Numbered from the whole stretch's first letter, positions 1 through 12,519 are shown. The stretch is DNA of 62,847 nucleotides, filler included, from Sphacelaria rigidula (GCA_964200075.2; 7 parts of 7 records of this genome joined end to end with filler, not necessarily neighbours in it); one strand, 5' to 3'. The notes: generated by a model not told the origin, from the letters alone. Translations and numbers: made by a program.

Positions 1-289
1 CGTGCGTGCAACATTTTCCGTGACCCTGCTGCACCCATATAAATCAAGTGATGGGAGAATCCAATTATGGATGTCATGAGTTCGAATCCCGACAGATTCT
101 CTTTTTTTTTCGTCCGTCGTTAAGGTCATACGTTATGCAGTGCATTTTTTCAAAAACATTTTTCATTCAGCGGCGGTGCCGTATGTTGCCAGATTGTTCT
201 GATGCTTACATCGGGTTCATGCGGGAAACTGGGGAAGCTGTGGTGTGAGCAAGTTTTAGCAGCTTTTACGCTGGCCGAGCTAGTAGTGT

Positions 290-2600
290 ATTCTAGCGCC
301 TTGTCTGTTTCTATAATATTTCTGGCGTTCCTACACTCCCCACAAAATCATCCGCGAACATCAATCCTGATACCGTATCTTCACCCACCTTGGCCCCTTG
401 CTTTGCTGCTTCTATTGCTATTATCAAGCCATTAAGTGACACCTTGAATAGAGTGGGCGATAACGTACATCCTTGTGCAACTTCTTGTAACATATCGAAG
501 TATTTCGATATTTCCCCGTCTAGCACCATAGAACTCTTGGCACATTCTGTCATCTATTTCACCTTTCTTCACACCTTTCCTCTGATCCCAGTTTCCCACA
601 ACTTTTTCCACAGCCCATTTCTCCACACTGTGCCAGAAGCCTTCTACACGTCCAGAAAGAAACAGTACGTTGTCAGCCCGGCGCCTTTCCTACCTTGAAT
701 AATCTCACCTAGTGTGTACACACGGTCTACGCAACGGTTTGGTCGAAATCCTGCTTGTCCCTCGCTGATTTTCCCGTCCTTTTCTAGCATCGCTCCCACT
801 CTATCGTTCAGAATCTCACAGAATGTTTTCCCTACCGTGCTCAGTGGCGTTATCCCTCTATAGTTTCGTGGGTCAGCCTTGTCTCCTTTTTTGAAAAGAT
901 CGACGACTACTTCTTCTCTCCACCTCTTGGGTGTGTACTCGTTTCCCCAGATCCAGTTGTACAGCATAGCCATCATGGTGATAATTCCTCCCCCCCCCCA
1001 CGCTTCAGAAATGCATTCTCTATTCCGTCTGCCCCTTTCGCCTTTCTGTTCTTGAGTTTAGCGACGCACTCTTTTTACTTCATCTCTGGAAAATTCTCTC
1101 TGCAATTCTTTCGAGCCAATATTCTCCCGTTTCGACGTCTCTACACTCGCCTCTGCCCACGCGTTGATTTCTTTTTTGAATTTCGTGTCGACGTTCGTCT
1201 TAGTTTTTGGTTTTCCTAGTTGACGGCAGTACTCCACCAGCACTTCTTCCTTCCCCTTCGAACTACAAACCATTTTACCGCTCGTGCCAGTAATGTGGCT
1301 GTCCCCTTGTCTATCTTTCCTGCCTGGTTTCTCATTTTCCCTTTCATTCCTACCCACATTTGTTTCATCCCGCCATCGAAATCTTCATTTGTTTCATTCA
1401 CTACACCTTCCCATACTCCCTTCTTTTCCCTGTCTATCATATTCTTCACTTCCTTTCAAGCTTTAGTATACAGTACTCCTCTCATCCTACCATAGTTTTA
1501 CTCGATATCTCGCGTGGGCCTCTCTCCTTACTCTTATAGCCTCTGTTACTTCCTCATCCCACCATTTTACTTATTTGTTGCAAAATATCAGTTTCCTCCC
1601 TATGGCTTTACTCGCTGCGTTCTTGACCAGCTGTTCCCATCCTTCTAAAATATTCGTTCCTGCCCGATTTCTTTCCATTTCAGTATCAACTCTACCTACG
1701 CGTTCCAACAGCTCGGACAATTTCACCGCATTTTTGGCCATCTCTTCTTGAAACTCCTACTGTTTTTCTTTCGTTTCTAGTACATCCATTCTCCATTTGT
1801 ACAACTTCCTACCCCGCCTATTTCTTTTAGCTCTCGTCTGTTGGCTTTCTGTCCATATTAGGCAATGACCTGTGGTTCCCATGTCCTCCGCGCATACATG
1901 TACTTGCATTTATCTACTGTTCCCATGTTCCACCACTATATAGTCAAGAACGGGGTGTTCTATCTTCCCTTTGCATTCCCTCGTCCATGTCCATTGCGCC
2001 TCTGGCTACAGTACTCTATCGTTCAGCGTCTTTATCTCGTTATTCTCAAGGACCTTTAGCATTTCTACCCCATTCGTGTTCCTTCCATCTTTCCCGTATT
2101 GACGAATGATATCATCCGGTTGACCTGCTCTTCCTACCCTTGCCTTAAAATCTCCCAATAACACCACTCCTTCTTGCCATTGTTACGTATGCACATCTGC
2201 TGCTATCTCTCCAAACCTTCGTTGTATATCGTTCACCCTACTCTTCGATGCTGGGGGCATATAGATGTTCCCTACGAAGAGGTCCTTTGTTCCCCCCTCT
2301 CCTGGTACCCTTATCCATGTGCTCCCGTCGAATTTCGTGTCTTTGATCACTTCAATGACGCCACACAGGTATTCCTTGATTTAGAACCCTACTCCCCCGC
2401 TCCCCTGCTCTTAGGGTTCTGTCCCTTCTCCTTTTCCCCTATCCATGCGTACTCTGCAACTCTGCATCCTATTTCCGCCCCTCTTTCTCCCATGACTCTT
2501 GGATTCCCACTATATCGAGGTCGCGTTCACTTACTTGTTATGCGATCTATATTTTTTTGCGCTCGTACGTGGCGAATGCACACACGTTCCACGATCTTAT
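290..2600 (-). mobile_element. Decayed non-LTR retrotransposon (LINE) ORF2: APE endonuclease plus reverse transcriptase, with frameshifts and stops
   Basis: Minus-strand motifs appear in the expected order: APE DLDIVGIQESWEK (~2490-2525), then RT WREEVVVDLFKKGDKADPRNYRGITPLS, QAGFR, CFFLDV, QGCTLSPTLF and LMFADD (~350). They are spread over several frames. Confidence 0.93.
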
Positions 2601-2879
2601 TCTCAACTTCCTTCCCGAATCATTATCTACTCTCCCTTTGGTTGCTGTCCTCTCTCCGTCGTTTTCATTTCTATTCTCCCTTGCTTTACTCTTCGTTCCG
2701 TTTCCGGTTTGGTCTTTGTCCAATTGCTTCGGGCCCCTATGTTCCCTACCCTTCCTCTTCCGGGCGCTTACTTGTTCCTGCTTCTCTTTTCCTCCGTTAC
2801 CCGTGGACTACGCCTTAGCCTCGCTGTTCCATTACTTATGCATACTCTCCATCGTACCCTTTTGACCCATGCCGACACC

Positions 2880-3480
2880 TTACTTGTCTCTATCATTTCC
2901 CACTCCTTGCTCGCGCTCTGTTTTAGCGTGACTCGGAGGTGTTCTCCCTCCCTTTCTGTTTTTTCCTCTTTCCAAACAGTATCGTCCTACTTCATTGCGG
3001 TTTCTTTGAAACTCTGTTCTCGTCATATCACTACGTACGCCGAATGACAGCACTACTGGTACTTTACCCGTCCACTCTTTACTTCTCCATCCGCTCTCCC
3101 ATACCGTCTCTCTCTCTATCTCTTTCGAGATCATCTCCAGATTGTTCCGTTTCAGGTATTGTAGTGGGATGTAGTCAAGATACTGAGATATCCCAGTCCT
3201 TGTACTTGTTGGGGGGTCTAGAGCCTTCGAGTTATTTTGCTGGCTTACCGACACTGAATAGTGCCTCCAACACGGGCTCGTAACCTGAAGCCAAGTTCAA
3301 CACCTTTGACGCAAGTACCCCACGTTTGCGCCAGGCGATCTTCATGGCAAACCATCCAGGCGTCCCACGATCGCATCCTGTGTCTTCTTGCCTCGGCGCT
3401 ATACTGGTTACTTTCCCCCAGGGAGGTCATTTTCATCGTGGAAGGTTCAAGGACGGCTTGCATAAGACAAGGTCTTACTC
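2880..3480 (-). pseudogene. Putative decayed LINE ORF1, possibly SGNH-esterase type
   Basis: Lies upstream of the APE-RT on the same strand. Degenerate blocks LGESN, PGANV, YIPLQY..RNNL and REGEHL resemble SGNH blocks GDS, PGA, GxND and DxxH but fall in different frames. Confidence 0.4.
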
Positions 3481-4074
3481 ACACATGGGGATGTCCCGCA
3501 CATCATTTCTTCCCACTCCGTGTACAGTTCACCATGGGTCGCTACTCCACTACTGCCTTCGAGTAGGCCTTCGCTGCCGAAAGCTTGGCCAACGACTCCC
3601 CCATACTTTGTACCAGCTTCTATCCTTCAGGATCTAAAGAAGTCCGCGTATCGCTTGGTGCTCTTTCTCGTAGGTCATGTGGTCGGTCATTGGTAAGGCG
3701 TTTGTTTCATGAGAGCAGTAGGTCTTGACGTTTATGTCGTGCATTATCCACCCCTTCCCTTCATTAGATGCCCTTTGCACCTGATATCGGAAATTTCAGG
3801 AAAATATCTGACCAGATTTCCACCGCCCAATGGAAACCGATAAGGTTTTACGCGTATCTCATCATGAGACACCGACCTCCATGTAAATTTTAACATGTCC
3901 GGGGTGATGATCCTACCCTCACCCTGTCCGTACTTGTTATATATTTTGTATTTTCGATTTGCATGTAAGGCGGTCAACCTTCATGCTATTACTTACATAT
4001 ATGGGTTTTGATTATATTCATGTCTTCCTTTGTTATAATATGAGGAGAAGAATATCGGTTGTCATCCGTTTTGA

Positions 4075-4460
4075 TATGGGAAAATACAGCTGTTTTTTCT
4101 CGCTATTTCCTGCCTATACCCGGGCTGTGTTCTGTTTAACGCAAGAAAAGACGGTTAGCTTCGTTATTTCATGTCTCTATCTGGGCTGTGTTATGGTAGG
4201 TTGACGAAAAAGGATGATTAGCTTCGTTATACAATGTGCATGTCCAGACTGTGTTAAGATAGATGAAGAAAAAGGATGGTTCGCTTCGTTATGTCATGTC
4301 TATATCCGGGCTGCGTGATGGTAACTTGAAGAAAAAGGATGGCTAGCTTCGTCATTCGATGTCTATGCCCGGGCTGTGTCATGTTGGGTTAAAGAAAGAA
4401 AATAAGAAAGAATGGGGAGCTTTGTCGTTTCATGTCCATGTCTGGGCTGTATTATGGTAG
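4075..4460. repeat. Degenerate tandem repeat, ~62-bp unit, ~6 copies
   Basis: A CCGGGCTGTG-like core recurs at ~4120, 4181, 4243, 4306, 4369 and 4442, with GAAAAAGGATGG(T/C)TAGCTTCGT-like sequence between cores. Confidence 0.85.
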
Positions 4461-5620
4461 CGGGGGAAAAAAAAGAGAAAGAAGAAAAGGACGGGAAGAA
4501 AAGAAGGAAGAAAACAAAGAAACTCAAGAGAGTAGGGGAGAGGAAGGGGGAAAAAATGAAAACTGGAGAAGATAAACGGTCACCTTTGTTATATCATGTC
4601 TATATCCATGTTTTGTTGTTTTGGGGGGAAACAAGATTGTTTCTTTGGATTGGTGCATATCCAGTGCGTCTGTCGGCCCGGGTGTCTAGCGGCGGTCTCT
4701 GGTATATGTACGGTGACAGTCTGTAGCTTTGATATCTAGATTCACCGACCCCTCCCTCACGAGATGGTGATTTGAACCCTGGTTCATCACACTACTCTCG
4801 TATTTGATCCTTATCCTGTAAGGGGCGTGCAGCACGGATTGAGAACGTGTGCAACAGCAACGCCAATTGAGATTGACGCGAGGTCCCTGCATCATCGACA
4901 AGTGATGTACCTGCGCTTTCATACTCCTCTGTCAGTTGTCACATTGTGGGTGCTGCTACACAAGCCTTCATTTGTGCGTGGGCACTCGGCCGCAATAGAG
5001 TTCTATGGTGTCGAGTGTTGCCATGCCCTTACTTTCCTTTTCCCCGGATGTTTTTTTTTTTTCGCAAACGTGCGGTAAAGTACACAGAAATGCGTAAGAA
5101 GCACTTCGAAGTATGATGTGAGTCACGCAAAAGCCACCGCGAATAGGAAAACCTGTGAGATCCAGACAGTTAAGGGTGATGCAGGCAACATCAACGACTA
5201 CCGCGCGGGTAACTCAGACCTTCTATAAACGCGAGTAGATTTGAAAAGTGTCCGCAAGTTACGCGGCAATTATTTTGTATGATCTCAGACGGTAACCTAA
5301 TGATGCACGTTCCCTTTGATTAAACTCTCTGAATCATGCGTGAACTGCACGGCTCCATGCTTGCCTTGCATATATATATATATATATATCCCCCTGTGCC
5401 CATCACGGCAAGGTTTTGGCAGCAGTCCAAGAGGGAAAGCTGGATGTGGGAGGGAATTCCCCTCAAAAGCTTTGTCTTGTGGCCATCTGCTACCACAACA
5501 TAGCGGTGAGCTGTAGCATCAGAAAAATAGCTTTTGTGAAGGAAGAGCAGAAGTAGTACGTACGACCAGCCGGTGGCCTCCAAACAACATTCGGCTACAC
5601 TTCACGCGGTTGAGTCTCTC

Positions 5621-5688
5621 GGGGGGGGGGGAGGGGTGTACTCATGATCATGCATGCCATAGTCAAAAGACCATTGACGGGGGAGAGG
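5621..5688. mobile_element. G-tract-anchored short repeat, type A, truncated copy
   Basis: G-run followed by TGTACTCATGATCATGCATGCCATAGTCA...CCATTGAC, then GGGGGAG again. Homologous to the copies at 7480, 19087, 24900 and 49229. Confidence 0.8.
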
Positions 5689-6752
5689 AGGAAGGGTAGC
5701 TTTCTGTCAATGCCGTGTTGCAATGGATAAATGGAACAGCTGATAAACTTGCGGGGCATGTCGGAACGCTCTGCCTATATCTTTTTATTCTTCCTCATCA
5801 CGTCTTCCCCTGTGGTGAAGTAATCTCTCTTGCCCTGGGACAGGCAAAACAAATCGGTAGCAGTTTGGCTGTGGAACCGTAGCAGCGGCCGCCCACAAAC
5901 CGTTCAACCACCCCGTGTACTGGACCATTCCGTTCACACTAGATATCAGCAGCTCGGCTAACAACCTCTTACGTGACACGCAACAGCAGACGTTCCGGGA
6001 CATATATATATATATATGTATACATGTATATGTGTGTATCTGTTGATTTACCGAATAATACGAGCGGACGAGCAGTGTCCCACTCAACATGTGCTTCATT
6101 GGCCTGCAGAAGGCCTACGATTCCGTAGAGCGCACGCTCCTGTGGGAAGTGCTTGCCCGGTTCGCAGTCCCGCCGCGAATGATCACGGTGCATCCGTAGA
6201 TGTTTCACCACGACATGCGAGCTCGGGTACAGCTGGATGATGGCGAAATATCAGCGTGGTTCCACTTCTGCCGGTGTGTTTCACGTCTGCCAGGGACTCC
6301 GACAAGGGTACGTTCAGTCCGCGCCGCTGTTCAACATCTTCGGCGCTCGGTCGACGTGATCGCACAGCGGTTCACGGCGGACCCAGCCATCTTTTCATTT
6401 CAGACTTGGTATTTCTAGAGACGGTGCGCAAAAATGTAACAATCAATGGTAAAACTTCTGGAAGAGACGCCGCTGGAGAAGGTACGGTGCGTGGTGCAGG
6501 CAATGCTCTATGCGTATGATGCCGGCATAATAGGTCTCGACGTCCCCAGACAGGCTTTGCTAGAATGACGGCTGTGCTAGTGGTGGCCTGTCAGAAGTTC
6601 GGTCTGACAGTATCGGAGAGTGACACGGAATCCATGCGCCTGTGGCAGGACTCAGCTCTGTAAAGGCCGCCCTGCACATCAGCGCAGCCGTTTGACGGTA
6701 TATAAGCAGACCGCCAAGTTTTGTCTGACTTGGTGGTGCTATCAGCGCGGAT

Positions 6753-7034
6753 GCAAACATTTCACGGTTAGGAAGAATCATCACGGGTTCGAGTCACCAA
6801 ATCCACGACTTCTTCGGCCTGATTGCCCAAAAGGGAGGGGAAAAGTTGACCGCTGGTCCAAGGGGTATATCCACGCAACGTTTGCGCCATTCCACGTGTC
6901 TGACCTGCGTGTACCTGGGTTGCAACGCTGAAAACAAAGCCAAGGGGTTGATTCGTACGATTCGAATCAATGACACTAAACCCAAGTAATTTCCAGACGA
7001 CTCATTGATATTGTCCGACCCTTGAAACAGTTCC
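6753..7034. mobile_element. MITE copy (~280 bp) inserted in the RTE-like LINE
   Basis: Colinear with 41601-41873 (shared AAAGTTGACCGCTGGT, GTACCTGGGT, TTGATTCGTACG, GTCCGACCCT). It splits the LINE frame between ISADAN and SIEINCRIN. Confidence 0.8.
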
Positions 7035-7464
7035 ATCGAAATCAACTGCCGCATCAACGCTGCGTGGGCACGCCTCCGAAAGCATACATTCACAACTCTG
7101 CTATCGACGCAACGCCCAGCTATCGTTGAAAATCCGGCTGCTCAAAACGGAGGTGGTGGCAGCTCTTTTGTACGGATGTGCTGCGTGGGTGCTGCGTTTC
7201 GAGGATTTCGACAATCTGCGCATTGCCCACCACAAGCTTTTGCTGCGAGTGTTTGGATTCGGCAGAAAAGACCGAATGGGCTGCAAGACCCTTTCGTACA
7301 TAGCTACGCTCGAGAGGATCAACTGCAAACATATCGGAACGACCATGCGCAAGCGTCAACTCTGGTTCGCGGGGCCCCTTGCTAGACAGGACGAAGCACG
7401 TCTTCCCAAGCGCACCATGCCCGGACGTTCAGCCGCACAAGGGCCCAAGAACTCTGGCTGCTCC

Positions 7465-7530
7465 CCCCCCCAAACACCACACTGATCTGATGACTATGGC
7501 ATGCATGATCATACACCCCCCCAAACACCA
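7465..7530. mobile_element. G-tract-anchored short repeat: 36-nt insertion with a 15-bp direct duplication
   Basis: CCCCCCCAAACACCA occurs at 7465-7479 and 7516-7530. It flanks the reverse complement of the type A end (ATGACTATGGCATGCATGATCATACA). Confidence 0.8.
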
Positions 7531-8292
7531 GGGGGACAACCTCCAGCGTAGTTTACGTGCACTAGGGGCCCTTCCACGCAAAGGAGCACAACGGACATGG
7601 TTCATCTACGGTGTGGAGGGTAACGACCACTACGACTTGGTCACTGCGTCGAAGAACATGGACAAGTGGCATCTTGGAGTAGAGAAAGGGGTGGAAGAAT
7701 TCACACGTCGGACGGATCACTTTTTATAGGACGTAGGTCATATAGCTCAAGTGTGAACACACCTGTGTACCCGATTCGGATGATACAGTGGAACTTGTTA
7801 TGCAACGGTCCTCGTGATCCGGATATCATCGATTAGGAGGGAGGTATTTTGTACGGCTTATAAGGATACACGGGTTCTTCGTGACGTTTCGTGTACACCT
7901 GATTCGGATTACATAGGTGTGCCCAAGGACGTGATGTACGGATTAACACATCATACAGATCATCACCAGACATATATGTACGAATCACACGGGTCATGAA
8001 GATCAGTCATGACGCCATGCATGTGTACAGCGCCAATGAATATATGTACTTCGTGAAGCTGCTACAGTCAACAGTCAACATAGGGACTTGTGAACATGCA
8101 CATTGCACCGGGGTCATACGGGTTGGCAGGTGAGGAATACTGAATACTGTTTATTGTATGCTTCATTCGGATGCGCCGACAGTGCACATCTTGGGGGAAA
8201 ACGTGCTGCCCTACCGTGGAACCACTCGGAATCAAATATACGTACTTCATGTTTCATATGCCCGGGTTGCTAAAACCAACATACGGACATTT

Positions 8293-8893
8293 ACCGGGGT
8301 ATCCCATACCGTGGTATGCGTAGGTACCGTAGGTATGATATTTCGAAATATCGGATTGGGCGGGTACGGTAGGTATTGAAACCTCGAAATACCCTGGTGT
8401 CGTAGGTATCGTAGGTATGAGTTTTGAAAATACCGGATTGGGCAGGTACGGTAGGTATTCGTATCTCGAAACACCCTGGTATCGTAGATATCGTAGGTAT
8501 GGCATTTGAAAATACCGGATTGGGCGGGTACGGTAGGTACTGATATTTCGAAATACCCTGGTACCGTTGGTATCGTAGGGATGACATTTCAAAATACCGG
8601 ATGGGACCGGTATCGGTAGGGTATGAGATGTCCCAAATACCCTGGTATCGAAGGTATCGTAGGTATAACATTTCGAAAATACCAGATTGGACCGGTATCG
8701 GTAGGGTATGAGATGTCCCGAATACCGGTACCGGGTACCTGCCTTACCCTCTGTACCGAACTCAAAATTGTCATCTGGCAGTGTGAAGCGTTTCAGATCT
8801 GGGTGCAAGTTGGGTAGTCGAAGTTTTCACAGGCACCGTAGGTAAGGTACCGTACCGAGCGTACCCCCGGTATTCACCGGGGTATCCCATACC
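8293..8893. repeat. Minisatellite-bearing element: ~82-bp unit (two ~41-bp subunits), ~5 copies
   Basis: A TAGGTATGA-like motif recurs about every 82 bp from ~8330 to ~8660. ACCGGGGTATCCCATACC occurs at both 8293 and the contig end (~8877-8893). Confidence 0.88.
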
Positions 8894-8993
8894 NNNNNNN
8901 NNNNNNNNNNNNNNNNNNNNNNNNNNNNNNNNNNNNNTTAATTAATTAANNNNNNNNNNNNNNNNNNNNNNNNNNNNNNNNNNNNNNNNNNNN
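8894..8993. other. Artificial contig linker N44-TTAATTAATTAA-N44
   Basis: An identical 100-nt spacer occurs six times. The 12-mer gives stops in all six frames. Confidence 0.98.
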
Positions 8994-10699
8994 GGGAATG
9001 CTGTGCAGTGTGTTTACGCACAAACACTACTCTTCACATGCAGCTGCGGGCGCAAGGTACTGGCGGAAAAAAGAACTGATTAGGTTGGACGGGGAATCGA
9101 TCCCGGACCTTTGTCGTTGTACAATCTCTGTCTTACACACGGAGCTACGCGTGGTAGTCGTTAAGGATTGGTCGAGTTTTTTGTACTTCTGAATTTTGGG
9201 GCGGCCCTCGAAGGTCCGTGTCAATAACACTGAAATCCTCCGAATTGTTTCTAGAGGCACAAGTGTGATGGAAATCTGAAATTTGGACAGCCGCTACTGT
9301 TCGGAATAAATCCTAATTATAAAACTTGGAATAGGGCAAAAATAATTCATTCGAAATAACTCCTAATTCCAAACTTGGAATATAGTTGAGAAAGGTTTCA
9401 TTTCAAAGAGCTTCAGCTGTACAGACAATCCCATATACACTGTATATCGCAGATGGAATTCGTACACCACCAAGAACACCTGAAATTGGGTGGAGAAAGA
9501 ACCTGCTCGCGAGCAGCTTCAGCTGTTAAAGTCCTATTTACTGCACTCAAGCTTTTGTTGCAGCTGATGTCCTGATAACAGATAGCAATTGACCTCGCTC
9601 ATAGACGCATACACCTAATGAAAACCCCGTAGTCCCGCGTGGACGAAACTAACACAATATACAGGGGATAATGAAACATCGATCTTATCGCATACTGCGT
9701 AATCGGGATATATATTCACAACAATAAACTATACTGGACTGTACAATACCATTGCATGCGGGACAGTGCGCTATACTGCCGTGCTTATACGTGCGGCGCC
9801 ATGTACTGCAGATGGCTGGCTATAAATACAATGTATAGATGCCTGCAGCTTATTTTGATATATGGGGCGGGTGTTATATACCGCCACGAACTCCAGTTTT
9901 TCACGCCCGTTCCACATCATATATTTGCGCGCACAGCTGCTGCAGCACAGTAAGTAGGGCGTGAAAGGGAAGGGGAAAATTATACAGTACAGACAGCGAA
10001 GGACAATCTGTACATGTATGTTCTCTACCTACAGTGCGACGTGAAAAGGAGTTGAACAACGTGCAGCATATCGTATACGCGCGGCCTGTATGCTGCACTA
10101 CGGTATCTTAAATTGCGGTGCGTCCGCGATCCGCAGCATGCATATGATGGTGAGTGTGTATATGCATACCATAGGCGGCCGGTTGATTTTTGTTCTTCGC
10201 ACCCGTGCCTGTATATATGATGGTCCACATATATACTATTCATATACGATTGATTAAGTGATATTTTCTAAACATGGTTCGTGTTAGTAGACCACGGAAG
10301 ACGGGGTTTTGGGGAAAATGTAATTATATTGACGAGGTATACCCGATCGTCTAGCATCTTCCCACCTTCCCAGGGGCTTCACACGAAGCACAGGTGTGGA
10401 CATACACACGCATCCAACGTGTGGGATCTCTATTCAGCGAAAGCGGTTGAGACTTATTCATCCTTTAGCCCACGTACATATGGACTGGGGGGCAAAAGTA
10501 TGAATACCTTTCAGCAACGTTTTCTGCGTGTCCGATTCCATGCGCCGGTGACGATGCAGTGTGCGGGATTTGCCCAGCCGCTGACGCTGCTCGCCATGAA
10601 TTTCTTTTCCTCCAATCTCTGGATGAATTCGAGGGAAAAGTAAATATTTATTTCGAGCTTCTTCTGCCGGTCAAATCCCGAATCTGCCAGTGTGCATGG

Positions 10700-10920
10700 G
10701 ATTTGCGCAGCAAAAGGAGCTGTTCGAAACAGATCTTTTTTCGCTCATCTCAAAAATGGGCGAAAAAAGGATCGATCTTGAGCAGCTTCTTCTGCTGTTC
10801 TAAATAAATCCTTGTCTTTGCCGAAATTAATTGGGCGAGAAAAGGGTCTGTCTTGAAGAGCTTGTCCTTCTGTCCAAAATAAATTCCTTTTTGCTCGATT
10901 CAAATCGGGTGAACAGGAAT
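10700..10920. repeat. ~75-bp degenerate tandem repeat with internal dyad symmetry
   Basis: TGGGCGA(A/G)AAAAGG..C..TCTTGA occurs at ~10757 and ~10832. GATCTTTTTTCGCTCA can pair with TGGGCGAAAAAAGGATC. Confidence 0.6.
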
Positions 10921-11249
10921 TTACCTCGGACAGGATGACAAGCTATTGAAGATATATGAATTTACAGATTTTGTACCAAAATCTTTGGAATTTTCAAAAG
11001 AGAAACTTGAGGTTTTTCCACCAAAACACTACAACATGACTCTGCAGGGCTTTGCTGACGTGCCTACACAGGGCTGCAAATCCAACCAAGGGGAAAACCC
11101 TATCAAAACGCTACGAGGGGTACAGATTTTGCATTTCACTGTCAGGGTTTTTTCACAAAGACTGTGGAGGACCCTGTACGGACCCTGCACAGTGCACTCC
11201 ACAGGGTGCTATCTGTCCACGTGCGTTGGGTTGTGTATTACACGACACA

Positions 11250-11501
11250 GAGTCATCCTACGATAGCAGGGGGGGTATTTGGTTGCACGAAAAAAGAGGC
11301 TTATAAGTGTGTCAGACGACCTGCCACACTCGCGGTGCGCTTGTATTTGGTTCGAAACGATGTCAATCGGCATAAATGAGCGTCACGTATCTATAACAAG
11401 CTTATTCGAGCAACCGTTGCTGCTTTTAACGACGATTTGACTTGGAATTTCGTGCCACAAATGGCCCAAAATACCCCCCCCCCCCTATCGTAGGATGACT
11501 C
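11250..11501. mobile_element. MITE (~250 bp) with terminal inverted repeats
   Basis: GAGTCATCCTACGATAG(CA)GGGGGGGTATTT ... AAATACCCCCCCCCCCCTATCGTAGGATGACTC. The outer 17-bp TIR is perfect. Confidence 0.85.
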
Positions 11502-12519
11502 CACACTTTTCATATTTTGTGTGTGTACTGCGTGATACATTTTTCATCTTTCGCGTGTGCACTATGTGCGCGTTGTTCTCATTCAGTTTTGCGCTGCGTG
11601 CTCCACCTTTTTCCTCCATGGCGGTGCACTCCCTGGTTTGTTTCACGACTTACTGTTGTTTTTGTTTCGAACTTTCGTATCCCCTTGTAGATTTTTTTTT
11701 TTTCCATTTGGACGCCTGATCTGCACCAACATTAGTGTTTCAATCAACTGCTATGACTGTTTTTCTCCTGGATCCCTGCACTGGGATTCAGTCTTTCGAA
11801 CCCTCGCTGCCGCCCTTTTGATTATCTTTCTATATTGGATTCCACAACTATTTACACATCGCCTCACCTCGGCCAAGTGATCTACACTAGTCTTGGTGTC
11901 TACTTTCGCTGTCTCGAGTTGTGTTTACCTAAACTTTCTGTGTGCGGTGTCCTACTTGCACCACTAATTACCCTTGCTCAGTGTGTGCCTGGCCACTAAG
12001 TGCCCCTCTTGTATTTGACGTGCACAGTGCGTCGTCGGACATCTGTCTACGTGTCCGCCTCCCTTCACAGTCGTCTCGTTGTTAGGTTTTGCTCTTGCAC
12101 CACACCTCTCTTGCGACAGCTATTGGCTTTGTCTGTAAGTTTGTTCCTTGATGACTATTCATACCTGTGGTACACCTTCCGTGCGCCTTCCTGCGGTTCC
12201 CCATCCACGGTTTCCTCTAAAGGTGTCGTATTTCTGCCGCAGTTCGTCTATTTTCGGCGTTTAGCTTCAGTTCTTCATATTTTGCTCTGCTGTGTGCCCT
12301 TTCGGTACATAAAGATTGCCGCGATTACGCCGATTGTTTTTATCACCGCAGTTTACACCACTTCGGTGTACCTCCATTTATGTATTTTGTAGTCTTTACT
12401 GCTTAATTCGTTCTTCTTTCGGTACTTACACTCCCCTGCCGAGCCTACACTACCTGCTACTGTTACCCCAGAACTATTGTACTCTGGTGTCTGGCGTCCA
12501 TTTCCACCTCTTCAATTTA

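Larger units (their letters stand above)
6060..7705 (+). mobile_element. Decayed RTE-like LINE, RT and C-terminal region, interrupted by a MITE and a short insertion
   Basis: Motifs: MCFIGLQKAYDSVERTLLWEVLARF, MRARVQLDDG, GLRQG..APLFNIF, a degraded YADD region (~6510), EINCRINAAW, LKIRLLKTEVVAALLYGC, RKRQLWFAG, RLPKR. Confidence 0.9.

Noticed and set aside
40-110. tRNA gene suggested by the B-box GTTCGAATCC
   Set aside because: No cloverleaf or A-box could be built, so it is more likely a decayed SINE head. The same applies to the related pair at ~4765-4825 and ~55730-55798.
2174-3047. Hydrophobic plus-strand ORFs of 214 and 182 aa
   Set aside because: They are antisense to the purine-rich LINE coding strand and have no independent support.
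8293-8740. CRISPR-like array, or genes from ORFs 8254-8808 and 8291-8671
   Set aside because: There are no unique spacers, the units are degenerate copies of each other, no cas genes are present and the context is eukaryotic. The ORFs are by-products of the repeat.
8938-8949. TTAATTAATTAA as a regularly spaced biological motif
   Set aside because: It is always centred in N44 blocks and is an artificial six-frame stop linker.
9612-9652. Hammerhead-ribozyme-like CTAATGA...GTCC-CGCGT-GGAC-GAAAC
   Set aside because: The core is CTAATGA rather than CTGATGA, it sits 10 nt away from stem II, and stems I and III are not evident. At best it is a dead relic. An Infernal search would settle it.
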